Origin: a virus
Taxonomy: Duplodnaviria; Caudoviricetes
Direction: 5' to 3' (one strand)
Virus record (IMG/VR): IMGVR_UViG_3300021516_000014
Location: 1 to 28,180 of that record
Length of the DNA: 28,180 bases
Below, piece after piece: positions 15,159 through 24,685 of the stretch. Every line of letters starts with the position of its first letter. Within the stretch, counting starts at the first letter, position 1. Below the pieces are notes generated by a model. The model saw nothing but the letters and a program-made list of their open reading frames with translations. It ran no database searches and was not told the DNA's origin. Made by a program: the position numbers and the translations under genes.

Positions 15159-16931
15159 TTAGGAATAGGTTAGCGAATGTTCAGTATCCATCGTGCGACG
15201 CTTATCTGACAGACGTGTCAGCCACTTTGGTGTCTGTCGCTTGACAATACCAACCCCCTGCCCGCCTGCAATCTCAAATCCCGTTCTGCGAGCCATTTCG
15301 AGTGCGACCACAAAAGAGTCCCATAAATCAGGGGATCGGCCCATGCGTTCCTTGGTTTTGTGCTTAGGCTCCACGTCGATCAAACCAGTGCGGGAGATTC
15401 CCCATTCGCGCATCGACCCTTCCTCGGCGACTTCCCGGGGAAGTTTCCTCAGCTGCTTGGATTCGATCAGCAGGCGCGACGAATACCAGAGAGCCGTGAC
15501 CATCTTGCCGTAGGCTTCACGCTCAGTCTTCGGATCACCTTTCCGAACAGGGCGATCCGTCGGCCGGCCACCAAACTCGATCGGCACCACCTCGGGCGAC
15601 CACAGGCGGGCGAACGCAGACATTAGCGTGCCGCGTCCGGTAGAATCGAATCCCACCTGATCAGGCGGGATATTCCGTTGCTTGCAGTACAGCAGCACGT
15701 ACTCAGCGATCTGCTCCTCGGCTTGTTGGGCTTTGACGGCCGTCACGGGGATTACGATCGGAGCTTCAGCGAATGCTAGCACGATGCGTCCAGTAGCGTC
15801 TGGACCGTACTGAAGGTCGGTCATAACGCATCGGTCACCACCGATGCCTGAGTACGCTGCGTCGATCCCGATGATTCGCGTGATCTTGTCGGCGCCCTGC
15901 CACATGATTTCATCGAACGCCTGGTTTTGCTCGCACAGCGACATGGTCACCACGCGCCGTGTACCGCCGTCTCGGGGCAGCAGCCCGAGGTTCATCATCG
16001 AGAACTGCAACGAGTCTCGGCCGTAGTAATCCAGATCCGCCTGAATCTGCTCCGGCGTGATGATGCCTCGATACGGATTGGTGCCTTTCGGGAACTTCGC
16101 GTTCGGCGTGTCGTACCCGCACAGCTGAACAGCAACCCCTCCTGGAGCCCGCGTTCTCCAGGTGCGTGTTTGCTCCAGATACTCAATGCCTTCCCAGCCG
16201 CCCATCGTGGAATGCGGCTCACAGACAACCCCAAGCGCGTCGTTGCGGTCCTTGGGATTCCCCATTGCGATCAGCTTGAACTCAGGATTCTTGCGAAGGT
16301 TAGCGACTGAATCGAGGAACCCCCGGCTCATCAGAGACGCCTCGTCTGCGATCAGCATCACTCGATCGTTCTTAAGTCCGACGTAGTTCGAGAGACCAAC
16401 AAACGTACCGCCGACCTTGCACGCTACACCGATGATTCCGTCGCGGAAGTCTTGCGCCTCGGCGTCTTGGTCAGAACTGGTAAGGATGAACCGGCTCTCA
16501 ATAACGCGCCCTGGCAGCCATTCCCGGCGAGCCTTGGCCTTGTTGTGCAACTCCTTGATCGAGCCCCAGATTCGCAGCTGAAGACCCTCACGCGTCGTTG
16601 ACGACATGATGATCGAGGTGCCAGTTGGGTAGATGTAGAACGTGCAGAGCCCGAAAGCTGCGGAGGTGTAGGTCTTGCCAGATGATCCTGGTCCCATGAT
16701 TCCAACCTCTTGATTTTCCGCGAAAGTCTTGATCAGCAGGTCAGACCAGATGTGCCAATCGAAGTGAGGCCAGAGCGCCGTCATGGCTGCTTTGAAGTGA
16801 TGATATTTCCCGCATCCGTACTTGACGCCGCCGGACATTATGTAACCGCCACGACGAACCATTTCAGCCTCGATGAGAAAGCGGTCTTTAGTACGCCACG
16901 GTATAGACAGGTAATCTGCGCTCTCATTCAT
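15159..16931 (-). CDS. terL: Terminase large subunit
   Basis: Likely start MNESADY at 16931. Walker A GPGSSGKT, Walker B MLIADEAS, coupling motif MGNP, nuclease motifs IIGIDAA, FDSTG.G and RSPDLWDS. Confidence 0.9.
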   Translation of the reverse strand: MNESADYLSIPWRTKDRFLIEAEMVRRGGYIMSGGVKYGCGKYHHFKAAMTALWPHFDWHIWSDLLIKTFAENQEVGIMGPGSSGKTYTSAAFGLCTFYIYPTGTSIIMSSTTREGLQLRIWGSIKELHNKAKARREWLPGRVIESRFILTSSDQDAEAQDFRDGIIGVACKVGGTFVGLSNYVGLKNDRVMLIADEASLMSRGFLDSVANLRKNPEFKLIAMGNPKDRNDALGVVCEPHSTMGGWEGIEYLEQTRTWRTRAPGGVAVQLCGYDTPNAKFPKGTNPYRGIITPEQIQADLDYYGRDSLQFSMMNLGLLPRDGGTRRVVTMSLCEQNQAFDEIMWQGADKITRIIGIDAAYSGIGGDRCVMTDLQYGPDATGRIVLAFAEAPIVIPVTAVKAQQAEEQIAEYVLLYCKQRNIPPDQVGFDSTGRGTLMSAFARLWSPEVVPIEFGGRPTDRPVRKGDPKTEREAYGKMVTALWYSSRLLIESKQLRKLPREVAEEGSMREWGISRTGLIDVEPKHKTKERMGRSPDLWDSFVVALEMARRTGFEIAGGQGVGIVKRQTPKWLTRLSDKRRTMDTEHSLTYS

Positions 16932-16932
16932 C

Positions 16933-16969
16933 TTGCGGGAATCCTGCTGTGGCCCTTCAATCGGTTCAA
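16933..16969. promoter_or_regulatory. Putative overlapping divergent promoters between terL and the tail operon
   Basis: 43-nt gap. Plus strand: TTGCGG, 17 nt, TTCAAT (16933-16961). Minus strand: TTGAAC, 17 nt, CAGGAT (16969-16941). Confidence 0.45.
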
Positions 16970-16974
16970 GCGTC

Positions 16975-19014
16975 ATGGTCGCAGAAAAAAATCGCATAGT
17001 AGACGGCCTCCTCACCGCTGAAGGTGGGGTGGACAGCGGTTTTTCGCCCTCACTCATTCAACCCAACCAGCTAGCATGGGCGGTGAACACAACGGTGCGC
17101 GGAGGATTTCCTAAAGCGCGGCCGGGGATTTGGACCAAGCTGCTGACGTTTAACGATCCTACGGTGGTCTACAACAACGGGTACTACAACGCTGCGGTCC
17201 AGTCGGCTTTCAAGGAAGGGTTCTTTCAGGGGTGCGGAGCTTACATCAACGACAACGGAGACCCTTATATTTACGCTTCAATCGGAGGAAAAAACTTCCA
17301 GATTGACATCGGAAACAATTTCCTAGTCACAGATCAAACTCCTCAAATTTCAACGTTTTCAGTCAATACACGAGGCCGCGTATCAAATGTGGCAACCTAC
17401 GTATGCGGTGCTCCTCATAACTTGTTTCCTGGCATGGTGGTGCGCCTGCCAGAGCCTGTTGGCGCCCTCTTTACCGAAGGATTCTTCGGCGATTTTGTTG
17501 TCCAGACTATTCCAAGCCCAACAACTTTCACTACCTACAGCCCGGGAGTTGATGCAGGACCCCTTCTCGGACCAAATTTTACTGGCTATTTACTAGCGGC
17601 AAATAATCCGAATGCAGCTCACGTCTACTTTCAGCAAGCGGAGAACTGGCTGATAATTCAAGACGGCCTAAATGCCCCATATCTCTACGACGGAACTTCG
17701 TTTAGACGAGCTGCAAGCGATGAGGTTCCCGTTGGAGGTCCGATGGCTTACGGAAAAGGACGCCTCTGGGTTGCAAACGGATCGGAATACTACGGCGGAG
17801 ACTTGGTCTACGGTGACCCTGCATTTGGAAGAAACTCTGTCATTCGGTTTACCGAGAACACATTCATCAATGAAGGCGGCGCTTTTGCGGTCTCAAATGG
17901 ACCAATCACGGGGTTGGCATTCGCGGCCAACCTGGACACGTCCCTTGGAGACGGCGACCTGCTGGTGTTTACCCCGACCGCCACTTACGCGTTTAACGCG
18001 CCTGTGGACCGGGATGTTTGGAAGGATCTCAGTTATCCAATCCAGCGATTCGCGCTCCTGAACTTTGGATCGTTCAACCACGAATCCATCGTGCCGGTAA
18101 ACGGCGATCTATTCTTCCGCGCTCAGGACGGCATCCGATCGTTGATCTACGCTAGACGCGACTTCACTGAGTTTGGAAACACACCGATTAGCCGGCAGGT
18201 TACTCGCGCAATAGCTTACGACACGGAGTTTTACTTAACGGCTGCTAGCTCCGTGAACTTCGATAACCGGATGCTGATGACCATTCAGCCTCAGAAGATT
18301 AACGGTAGAGGTATCGTGCATCGAGGACTCGTAGTGTTGGACTTTGATCTTGTTTCTGGAATGGGTCGTAAATTGCCGCCGGCATGGGAGGGTGTATGGA
18401 CCGGAGTGGATGTATTCCAGATGCTTACGATCCGAATCCAAAAACAGGATCGTTGTTTTATGTTTGGGTTGAATCAAGGAGACATTGGACTCTTTGAGGT
18501 CACTAAGAACGGCCAGTTCGACTTCGATGGATACGATGATGTACCGATCGACTGGACCATTGAGACCCGCTCACTGACATTTGCTGAACCATCTAACAAG
18601 AAACGCCTTGTCAGCGCCGAGCAGTGGTATGACCAGGTGATGGGCAATATCGAAGCCAAGGTCTACTTCAAGGCCAACGAGGGCGAGTGCTGGCAACCAT
18701 GGGCTGAGATCAAGGACTGCGCCAAGTACCGCAACTGCGAGCCAGGCGAGATTTCCTGCCCCCCTGCGGTGATCAACTGCCAGGAGGTAAAATACTACCA
18801 GCCCCCTGCAAGATCACGTATTGCCCTACCGCAGCCTCCAGACAAGTGCGACGTGCAGACCGGGGGATTTACCCGCGATGGCTACGAGTTCCAGCTGCGC
18901 TACGTGAACACCGGCCGATTCCGCCTCAAGCGGGTGGCTATGGTCGCTCAACGCCTTCAAGAGGATATTTACGGCGATCTCAGCCGCGTCGCCTGTCCGC
19001 TACTCTCCGAATAG
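16975..19014 (+). CDS. Putative tail nozzle / tubular protein B (P22 gp10, T7 gp12-like beta-propeller) with inserted FCCH-like domain
   Basis: Likely start MVAEKNR at 16975, 679 aa. N-terminal GGVDS..SP.LI..NQ..WAVN, propeller-like strands (YGKGRLWVA, GDLFFRAQDGIRSL, FDNRML) and a C-terminal FQLR...GRFRL sandwich. Confidence 0.7.
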   Translation: MVAEKNRIVDGLLTAEGGVDSGFSPSLIQPNQLAWAVNTTVRGGFPKARPGIWTKLLTFNDPTVVYNNGYYNAAVQSAFKEGFFQGCGAYINDNGDPYIYASIGGKNFQIDIGNNFLVTDQTPQISTFSVNTRGRVSNVATYVCGAPHNLFPGMVVRLPEPVGALFTEGFFGDFVVQTIPSPTTFTTYSPGVDAGPLLGPNFTGYLLAANNPNAAHVYFQQAENWLIIQDGLNAPYLYDGTSFRRAASDEVPVGGPMAYGKGRLWVANGSEYYGGDLVYGDPAFGRNSVIRFTENTFINEGGAFAVSNGPITGLAFAANLDTSLGDGDLLVFTPTATYAFNAPVDRDVWKDLSYPIQRFALLNFGSFNHESIVPVNGDLFFRAQDGIRSLIYARRDFTEFGNTPISRQVTRAIAYDTEFYLTAASSVNFDNRMLMTIQPQKINGRGIVHRGLVVLDFDLVSGMGRKLPPAWEGVWTGVDVFQMLTIRIQKQDRCFMFGLNQGDIGLFEVTKNGQFDFDGYDDVPIDWTIETRSLTFAEPSNKKRLVSAEQWYDQVMGNIEAKVYFKANEGECWQPWAEIKDCAKYRNCEPGEISCPPAVINCQEVKYYQPPARSRIALPQPPDKCDVQTGGFTRDGYEFQLRYVNTGRFRLKRVAMVAQRLQEDIYGDLSRVACPLLSE

Positions 19015-19015
19015 T

Positions 19016-22000
19016 ATGCCTTCTTCAAACCCAGTCGATTACGGCGCAGATCCCTGTGGACTGAGAAACAGCGCGTGGGCGATCAACGAATGTCTGTTTG
19101 CTGCGCTGCGTTGCGATTTTCCAGTGGGGACATTCCTGCTTGGATCGAGTCCTGGGGCAAAGATTATAGACCGTGTCCGCACCGCAGGCGTTGCGACGTT
19201 CAACACGTCCACACCGCACGGGCTCGTTGTCGGCGAGAAGATCACCTTGTACGGGTTTACGGACGCTAGCTTCAATGGCACCGGGCCGTTACAGTTTGGA
19301 TTCGCGGTTCTTAGCATACCTACTCCGACGCGATTTACAGCAGCGGTTCCTGGGGCTGATGCAACCCTGGTCACCGAAGACGGCTGGATCAACCTAATCG
19401 GCGGTGGTTACACGTCCTCGTTGGTCATGGGATACCCACCGTTGACGGGCGTTATCAACAACGTCGCGTTTACAGGTCAGGGCATTGGAAAGACGATCCT
19501 GAAGTTTGCTGACAACGCTTCAACCAAAAGAGGGGACACTTTTGGGTTTAATATCCAGATGCTGAAAACTCTGGGAAATTACACAGGGTCTGGAGCTGTA
19601 GGGGCACCTGGAGCTTACGCGGGCGCGCCACTGAACAGCATCAACTGCAAGAACACCCTGATCGAGGATATCACGTTTGATGGCAACTACGCAAACAATT
19701 CGGTTTCAGATATCAAGATCGTATCGGTGCAGCGTACAAATGGGATCAACACGTACACCGTGGACAAGCCATTGTACGCACCTGCGCTTTCAGGGACTCA
19801 ATTCTATTCCGTACCTCCTCCGGCATACATTCCTCCAATTTCACCTGCTCCGTACACTAACATCAGCGCAATCGGGCAGTATATCAGCAACGTGGTGACC
19901 ACTGGCCCTGGAAATGATGCTTCGTTTGTTGGTTTTGGCAACATCACTAACGTAACTTCGTTTTCGTTTCAGCGCGACCTAAGGGTGGTGCTTTTACGTG
20001 CAAGAATAAATCCGTTTGGATATGCTATCTACACTAAGCATCCGCAGTGGAATTTTGGATTTACAACTGGAGATTCAATAAATGTTACAGGGTTTTCAAA
20101 TGCATCTTTCAATGGCACGTTTATAGTTGCTGGATTCCTTTCAACCGAAGAGGTTTACTGCTTAAATGCAGCACCTACGACTGCAACTCAGATTTTTGCG
20201 TTTACACGAACCGCAGGAAATGCAATTTACGATACTTCAACTCCGCATGGTTTTATAGGAGGTGAAACTGTTTTAATAGAAGGGCTTTCGAATCCTGCAT
20301 TTAACGGTACGTTTGTTGTAAATGGGTATCCAACACCAACTCAGTTTACGTGCGCTAACGCAGGCACAAATCTGCCAGTCACATCTAGTGTTGGATACGT
20401 TTACAAATTAGTAAATGAAAACGCCCGTGCTTGGGCTTATCCAAACGTGGCTCTTACGCCGCAAACAAAAGCTGGAGTAAACTCACTTTACACAGTCGCA
20501 GGAATCAATCACGTCGGAGAGAACGCGCTAGTTCAGAATAACCAATTCTACGACTTTGGAGTCGGGATTGCTGACGCTGAGACGTTCATCGTAAAATCGT
20601 TCCTACCCATGAACGTGGATGACCTCACGGCTGGCGCTAAGGTGCTCAACAACGATTTCAGCTATCAAGGCAGAAACTCGATTCAAGGTACGCTGTACCC
20701 CGGAAACGCGGAGGCAAACACGCAGTGCGCTGTTGGCGGTTACTCCAGCCTGGTAAATCCAATCAACGTGGTGTCTCGTGTTGGCGGCGTTGCGACTTAC
20801 ACCTGCGTGATGAAGCACACGTTGAGGGTGGGGGATGTGGTAATTGTAAATAATTTTTCAGACGCCACCTTCAATGGGACTCTAACCGTAATCTCAACTC
20901 CAGATTCCTTCCGATTCACTGCAAGTACAGGTGGCCCAAACATCCTCCCCGGCCTCTACCTCGACGGCCAGGTGATCATGCTCCGCAGTCGGAGAATCTT
21001 TGCCTCTGGATGCGAGTTTAAATACAACCGCGTCCAAGGCGGCATTGACGTGGTAAACCAGCAGAGCCCTGTCCATGCTGTCACGGCCCGTGAAACCAGC
21101 GGGATGGACGTTAGCTACAACAACTTTGACGGTTTCCACGACACCTGCTTTTACGTTGATTCCTATCATCACAAAGGAACACATATCCATCATAACTCGG
21201 CGTTGAACGTCTCGGCGTTTGTTTCCTTGGTTGTGCAAGATTGGTTTACGTTGATATCCGCTACGGGAGAGGCGAATCCTGAGACCTACTCGACGTTGAT
21301 CGCCGCTCACAAGGATATGCTGATTGAGAACAACGATGTTCTATTGACGGGGCCGGGCTCGTGGTTCTACCAGACTGCGTACACCCCTTTGGACGCCGTG
21401 TTCTTAATCAACAATCACGACGTAAATAAATCCATCTGGTACTACCCGACGGACTACCAGATACCAATTTCAACCGTAACGCGTGCGGCAGGAATTTCCA
21501 CGTTTACGACGGCTTCAGCTCACGAGCTTCAGGTCGGCATGGAGGTTTCAACGGTTTCGGTTACAGATGGCACGTTCAACGGAGTTTTTGCAGTTCTCAG
21601 CATTCCAGCTGCGAATCAGTTCACGGTTACAAATGGCGGCACACCTGGAAGTTCAACCGGCGGTTTCCTCGGTATCAACAGCCCGGTCCACTTCCCGTGG
21701 GAAATCAAACCCATCGGATTCCAGCGCACTGCCGGCGTCGCCACGTACACAACCAACAAGGCGCACCAGCTGGTTTTTGGCGCTCACGCGACCGTTGAGG
21801 GGCTTAACAACGCTTCATTCAACGACGAGGTAATCGTGACCGGAACCCCTACGACCACGACGTTTACCTGCGCGAGTCCTGGTCCCAACGTCGCGTTTAC
21901 ATCATCAACCGGCAACTTCCTGAGGTACGTCGATAACATCCAGATTGGATGCAACACGGTGCGTCGGTTGAGTGGAAACGGATTGGCGGTAAACAACGGT

Positions 22001-22153
22001 GGCAAGTTCGGGAGCGCGTTTCTCCAGGGACGCCCTAGCCGCTGCGTTGCGCCTCTTGAGCAATTTTTCTATTTCGATTGTCCCGAGGGCTGTTTGGCGC
22101 TTGAATGCGACCCAGGCCCGTGTAAGCCAAACGACTATCTTTACCGCATCTAA
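19016..22153 (+). CDS. Tailspike-like protein: pectate-lyase-like beta-helix interrupted by ~7 FCCH-like repeats
   Basis: N-terminus NPVDYGADP.G...SA.AI...FP.GTFLL resembles the Pectate_lyase_3 start. FTGQGIGKTILK and IEDITFDGN are beta-helix rungs. Repeats R..GVAT.TT...H.L..G..V...G.....FNG.F.V...P....FT. Confidence 0.75.
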   Translation: MPSSNPVDYGADPCGLRNSAWAINECLFAALRCDFPVGTFLLGSSPGAKIIDRVRTAGVATFNTSTPHGLVVGEKITLYGFTDASFNGTGPLQFGFAVLSIPTPTRFTAAVPGADATLVTEDGWINLIGGGYTSSLVMGYPPLTGVINNVAFTGQGIGKTILKFADNASTKRGDTFGFNIQMLKTLGNYTGSGAVGAPGAYAGAPLNSINCKNTLIEDITFDGNYANNSVSDIKIVSVQRTNGINTYTVDKPLYAPALSGTQFYSVPPPAYIPPISPAPYTNISAIGQYISNVVTTGPGNDASFVGFGNITNVTSFSFQRDLRVVLLRARINPFGYAIYTKHPQWNFGFTTGDSINVTGFSNASFNGTFIVAGFLSTEEVYCLNAAPTTATQIFAFTRTAGNAIYDTSTPHGFIGGETVLIEGLSNPAFNGTFVVNGYPTPTQFTCANAGTNLPVTSSVGYVYKLVNENARAWAYPNVALTPQTKAGVNSLYTVAGINHVGENALVQNNQFYDFGVGIADAETFIVKSFLPMNVDDLTAGAKVLNNDFSYQGRNSIQGTLYPGNAEANTQCAVGGYSSLVNPINVVSRVGGVATYTCVMKHTLRVGDVVIVNNFSDATFNGTLTVISTPDSFRFTASTGGPNILPGLYLDGQVIMLRSRRIFASGCEFKYNRVQGGIDVVNQQSPVHAVTARETSGMDVSYNNFDGFHDTCFYVDSYHHKGTHIHHNSALNVSAFVSLVVQDWFTLISATGEANPETYSTLIAAHKDMLIENNDVLLTGPGSWFYQTAYTPLDAVFLINNHDVNKSIWYYPTDYQIPISTVTRAAGISTFTTASAHELQVGMEVSTVSVTDGTFNGVFAVLSIPAANQFTVTNGGTPGSSTGGFLGINSPVHFPWEIKPIGFQRTAGVATYTTNKAHQLVFGAHATVEGLNNASFNDEVIVTGTPTTTTFTCASPGPNVAFTSSTGNFLRYVDNIQIGCNTVRRLSGNGLAVNNGGKFGSAFLQGRPSRCVAPLEQFFYFDCPEGCLALECDPGPCKPNDYLYRI

Positions 22154-22155
22154 CC

Positions 22156-23136
22156 ATGGCAACCGTTGATATTTCAGCCGGCACACTGCCGCCACCAGCC
22201 TGCTACGCGTCCGAACAAGATCGCCTTGACGCTTACGCTGCCGCATTGATCGGAAACCTGAACAGCGGAGCAGAGTGGGCAGCCTCTCAGACAGCGCCTG
22301 GAAACAGCGGGCTGTACTGGCTTCGGACTGATATCAGCAATCGTCCAGTTGAGGTGTTGAAGTTTTCGTCTGCGGCCGGAGATTCTCAATTCATTCGGCT
22401 GTCGAGTGAAGTGGTGTTTGCTGGCACCTCTACCGGAGCCGCTGGAGCTTACGCGGTCATAAACTCGCCGCCATATCCAAGCCCGGGGTCAGCTTATCGG
22501 ACCGGACAGATTTACACCTTCCTTGCAAACCACACCAACACTGCTGGATGCACACTGAACGTCGATGGCCAGGGAGCTAAGACGATCACGAAGGATGGCG
22601 CAGCGGCGTTGACCGCAAACGACATCCTGATTGGCCAGGTGGTTTCAGTGCTGTATGACGGCGTGAATTTCCAGTTAATCACTCAGAAACGGGATTTGAC
22701 GCGACTCAGTTTAAAGCAGTTTTTTACGTATGCGTCACCTGGAACCGCCCTTTCATCTTTTGCTAGCGATGTGCTTGTCGCTTTCCCGCACGGTTTTATA
22801 AATCCAACCAGCGGTGTTCCATTAATGCCGTTTATGGTGCGAGTCGTACTAGTAAGAATTGCAGCTGGGTCTGTTGTATTTAATGGAGTAAGCGGTGTAA
22901 CAACTTACACTTGGTATAGCGGACAAGAAGTTGATTGCTTGCATTTTGTAAGCTCAGGAACTGCTCCGTATGAAAAACTTCCGTCATTCAGGTATGTCTG
23001 CGACTTCACGAATGTTTGGGTTTCGCTTAATCTTTTGGGAGTAATTTCAATTCCGTTCTTCAATCCAGGTCTTGTCGCTGCGGATTACCAAGTAAAAGTC
23101 TACGCCACGGCCCTAAACCCGGCTTACGTCCCATGA
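22156..23136 (+). CDS. Putative tail fibre/appendage protein
   Basis: 326 aa. Central Y..G..YTF.ANHTNT...TLNVDG.GAK.I.K.....L..NDI..GQ.V..LYDG domain common in phage tail proteins. AT-richer C-terminal domain. Confidence 0.7.
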   Translation: MATVDISAGTLPPPACYASEQDRLDAYAAALIGNLNSGAEWAASQTAPGNSGLYWLRTDISNRPVEVLKFSSAAGDSQFIRLSSEVVFAGTSTGAAGAYAVINSPPYPSPGSAYRTGQIYTFLANHTNTAGCTLNVDGQGAKTITKDGAAALTANDILIGQVVSVLYDGVNFQLITQKRDLTRLSLKQFFTYASPGTALSSFASDVLVAFPHGFINPTSGVPLMPFMVRVVLVRIAAGSVVFNGVSGVTTYTWYSGQEVDCLHFVSSGTAPYEKLPSFRYVCDFTNVWVSLNLLGVISIPFFNPGLVAADYQVKVYATALNPAYVP

Positions 23137-24221
23137 GAAAAACCCTCGCCCAAGCCAAGAACTCCACGATCCCGCAGGCAGTCGGTCTGGCCACCTGCGA
23201 CGAGCGTTTCGTCCAGCTGCTCAACGAGGCTCAGGCTCGCTTGGCAGACATGGGCAAGTGGTGGGGCACGTACAAGAAGCTGCGCGTCTGCGTCACCGCC
23301 GGCTGCATCACCTGGCCTCGCGAGGTTAAGACGATCGAGGCAATGAACCTCTGCGGCTACAACATCCCCATCCAGAACCAGTGGTACGAGTTCCAGACGG
23401 ATACACGCGCACCGCGCACCGGATGCGGCCGTGAAGGATGCGAGCAGGACCAGCTGCTGGATCGTGGCATGGTGACGCAGTTTCGGGACTCGGTTGGCAA
23501 CTGCTACATCAGGGTGACGCCGCAGCTGTCAGCTGATGCCGGTAAACGTGTGCTTCTCCAGGGGCTTGATCCCAATGGAATTCCAATCCGCACGTTGGAC
23601 TCGGTCACCGGAGAATACGTCTGGGGTGAGTACGTCACGCTTCCAAACCCCTCTATTACGGCCTACGTCCGGACAAGTAATCGGTTCAAGCAACCGGGTC
23701 TGACTGGCGCCCAGAAGCCGCTGACTCAAGGAAGCCTGACGATTATTGCGGAAAACGACACAACTGGTCTATTAACCCAGGTCGCAGTCTGGGGCCCGAG
23801 CGAGCAGAACCCCGAGTACCGACGCACATACCTTGTTGGGATGCCCGAGGTATGCGGCGGGGCTAATTCATGCAGCACCACCCAGGACAACTGCTGCATC
23901 GACAACGGAGACGGCTGCGTGCCAGCAGACGAGACTTGCACCAACACCGTCGTAGAAGCGATCGTTCGCTTGGATTTCATACCGGCAATCGTTGATTCAG
24001 ACTGGCTGTTTATCGGGAACCTCCAGGCGATCAAGCACATGATGAAAGCGATCCAGAAGGAAGACCGGAATCAGTACACCGAGGCTGAGCGCGAGATCCA
24101 GCTAGCACTTCGGTCGCTTCGGAATGAGCTTGAGGCGTACAGCCCCAACGAGCGCAGCGTAATCAACGTGCAGCCTTTCGGGTCTGCTAAGATTCAATAT
24201 AGGTTTGGTGGATTCATCTGA
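23133..24221 (+). CDS. Putative head-tail adaptor / tail tubular protein A-like
   Basis: 362 aa. N-terminal helix VQLLNEAQARL..W and C-terminal helices AIKHMMKAI...ALRSLRNEL, the layout of podovirus adaptors. Cys-rich insert. Confidence 0.5.
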   Translation: MRKTLAQAKNSTIPQAVGLATCDERFVQLLNEAQARLADMGKWWGTYKKLRVCVTAGCITWPREVKTIEAMNLCGYNIPIQNQWYEFQTDTRAPRTGCGREGCEQDQLLDRGMVTQFRDSVGNCYIRVTPQLSADAGKRVLLQGLDPNGIPIRTLDSVTGEYVWGEYVTLPNPSITAYVRTSNRFKQPGLTGAQKPLTQGSLTIIAENDTTGLLTQVAVWGPSEQNPEYRRTYLVGMPEVCGGANSCSTTQDNCCIDNGDGCVPADETCTNTVVEAIVRLDFIPAIVDSDWLFIGNLQAIKHMMKAIQKEDRNQYTEAEREIQLALRSLRNELEAYSPNERSVINVQPFGSAKIQYRFGGFI

Positions 24222-24685
24222 TGACCGAAGAGCTTCCAGTAGCCGTGCAGCCTGTTACGTGGCTCGACATCCTGACGGATGAGAGCGTCACGTTCGATGA
24301 TCGTCTGGACAGGTGGGAAGCGTTCGTGGCGAATATTCCCCAGCAGGAGTGTCCGCTCAAGCACACGTTCCCAGAGGGGATGTACGTGCGTGAAATTTTC
24401 ATGCCGGCTGGATCTGTCGTCACCAGTCGCATCCATAAGTTCGACAATCCGTTCTTCATCACCAAAGGCAGGATCACCGTGGTGAGCGAGAACGAGGGCA
24501 TGGTGACCTACACGGCACCGTATTCGGGCATCACCAAGCCAGGAACTCGCCGTGTGCTGTTGATCCATGAGGACACCATTTGGACCACGGTTCACCTTAA
24601 TCTGGATAACAAGACGGATCACGAAGAGCTTTTGAACGACCTCACTTACGTGGGTCAAAACCAATACTTACTATGTCATTCGTAG
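24221..24685 (+). CDS. Cupin-like conserved phage protein
   Basis: PLKHTF.EGMYVREIFMPAG..VTSRIHK...KG.I.V...APY.GITKPGT.R....HEDT.WTTVH. This family is typically found just before podovirus ejection genes. Confidence 0.75.
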   Translation: MTEELPVAVQPVTWLDILTDESVTFDDRLDRWEAFVANIPQQECPLKHTFPEGMYVREIFMPAGSVVTSRIHKFDNPFFITKGRITVVSENEGMVTYTAPYSGITKPGTRRVLLIHEDTIWTTVHLNLDNKTDHEELLNDLTYVGQNQYLLCHS

